Source: Macrostomum lignano (lineage: Eukaryota). From it: a stretch of 64,000 bases of DNA. Under the pieces are notes generated by a model. The model was given only the letters and a program-made list of their open reading frames with translations, did not search any database and was not told where the DNA came from. The position numbers and the translations under genes are program-made. Shown piece after piece: positions 63,657 through 64,000 of this stretch. Each line of letters starts with the position of its first letter. The stretch's first letter is position 1. Location of the stretch: contig NIVC01001805.1 of assembly GCA_002269645.1 (NCBI GenBank), positions 62,001 to 126,000 on the forward strand. The letters run 5' to 3'.

Positions 63657-64000
63657 TGGCTTGACCTGCCCAGATCCCCAGTTGCTGGGCCAGCCTCCCA
63701 GATCCCCAGTTGCTGGGCCAGCTTTCGGGATCCTCAGTTGCTGGGCCAGCTTTCGGGATCCTCAGTTGCTGGGCCAGTCTCCCAGAGTGTCAGTTGCTGG
63801 GCCAGCCTCCCAGAGTGTCAGTTGCTGGGCCAGCCTCTCAGAGTGTCAGTTGCTGGGCCAGCCTCCCAGAGTGTCAGTTTCTGGGCCAGCCTCACAGAGT
63901 GTCAGTTGCTGGGCCAGCCTCCCAGAATGTCAGTTTCTGGGCCAGCCTCCCAGAGTGTCAGTTGCTGGGCCAGCCTCTCAGAGTGTCAGTTGCTGGGCCA
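63657..64000. repeat. 28-bp minisatellite (GTCAGTTGCTGGGCCAGCCTCCCAGAGT), running off the right edge
   Basis: Direct observation; reverse complement of the MDH2 intron 1 family. Confidence 0.92.

Overview
Eukaryotic (metazoan) genomic DNA: spliceosomal GT-AG introns, GC-rich exons, AT-rich intergenic DNA, and a different minisatellite in almost every intron and spacer. This style resembles the flatworm Macrostomum (inference only). Layout: (i) a 10.5-kb array of 40-43-bp satellite (1-10.5 kb); (ii) a minus-strand cluster NAA35 > ATP synthase subunit c > MDH2 > Lifeguard/TMBIM (25.8-11.5 kb); (iii) a 21-kb AT-rich, transposon-rich divergent interval (26-46.7 kb) with a truncated RTE retroposon, three TSD-flanked MITEs and a 7.8-kb TIR element carrying a BEN-domain-like gene remnant; (iv) a plus-strand pair PEX19 > KIF4-like chromokinesin (46.7-62 kb). 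The most notable object is an apparently full-length Ingi/L1Tc-type non-LTR retrotransposon (30981-35414) inserted in the BEN-like remnant. It has a candidate HDV-like ribozyme at its 5' end overlapping the start codon, a 2A StopGo peptide, and PHD, APE, RT, RNase H and CCHC domains; only three single-C homopolymer deletions break its ORF. Second, most housekeeping genes have a 3' splice acceptor just upstream of the ATG, suggesting SL trans-splicing and operon-like organisation. All calls were made by eye; no database searches or folding programs were run.
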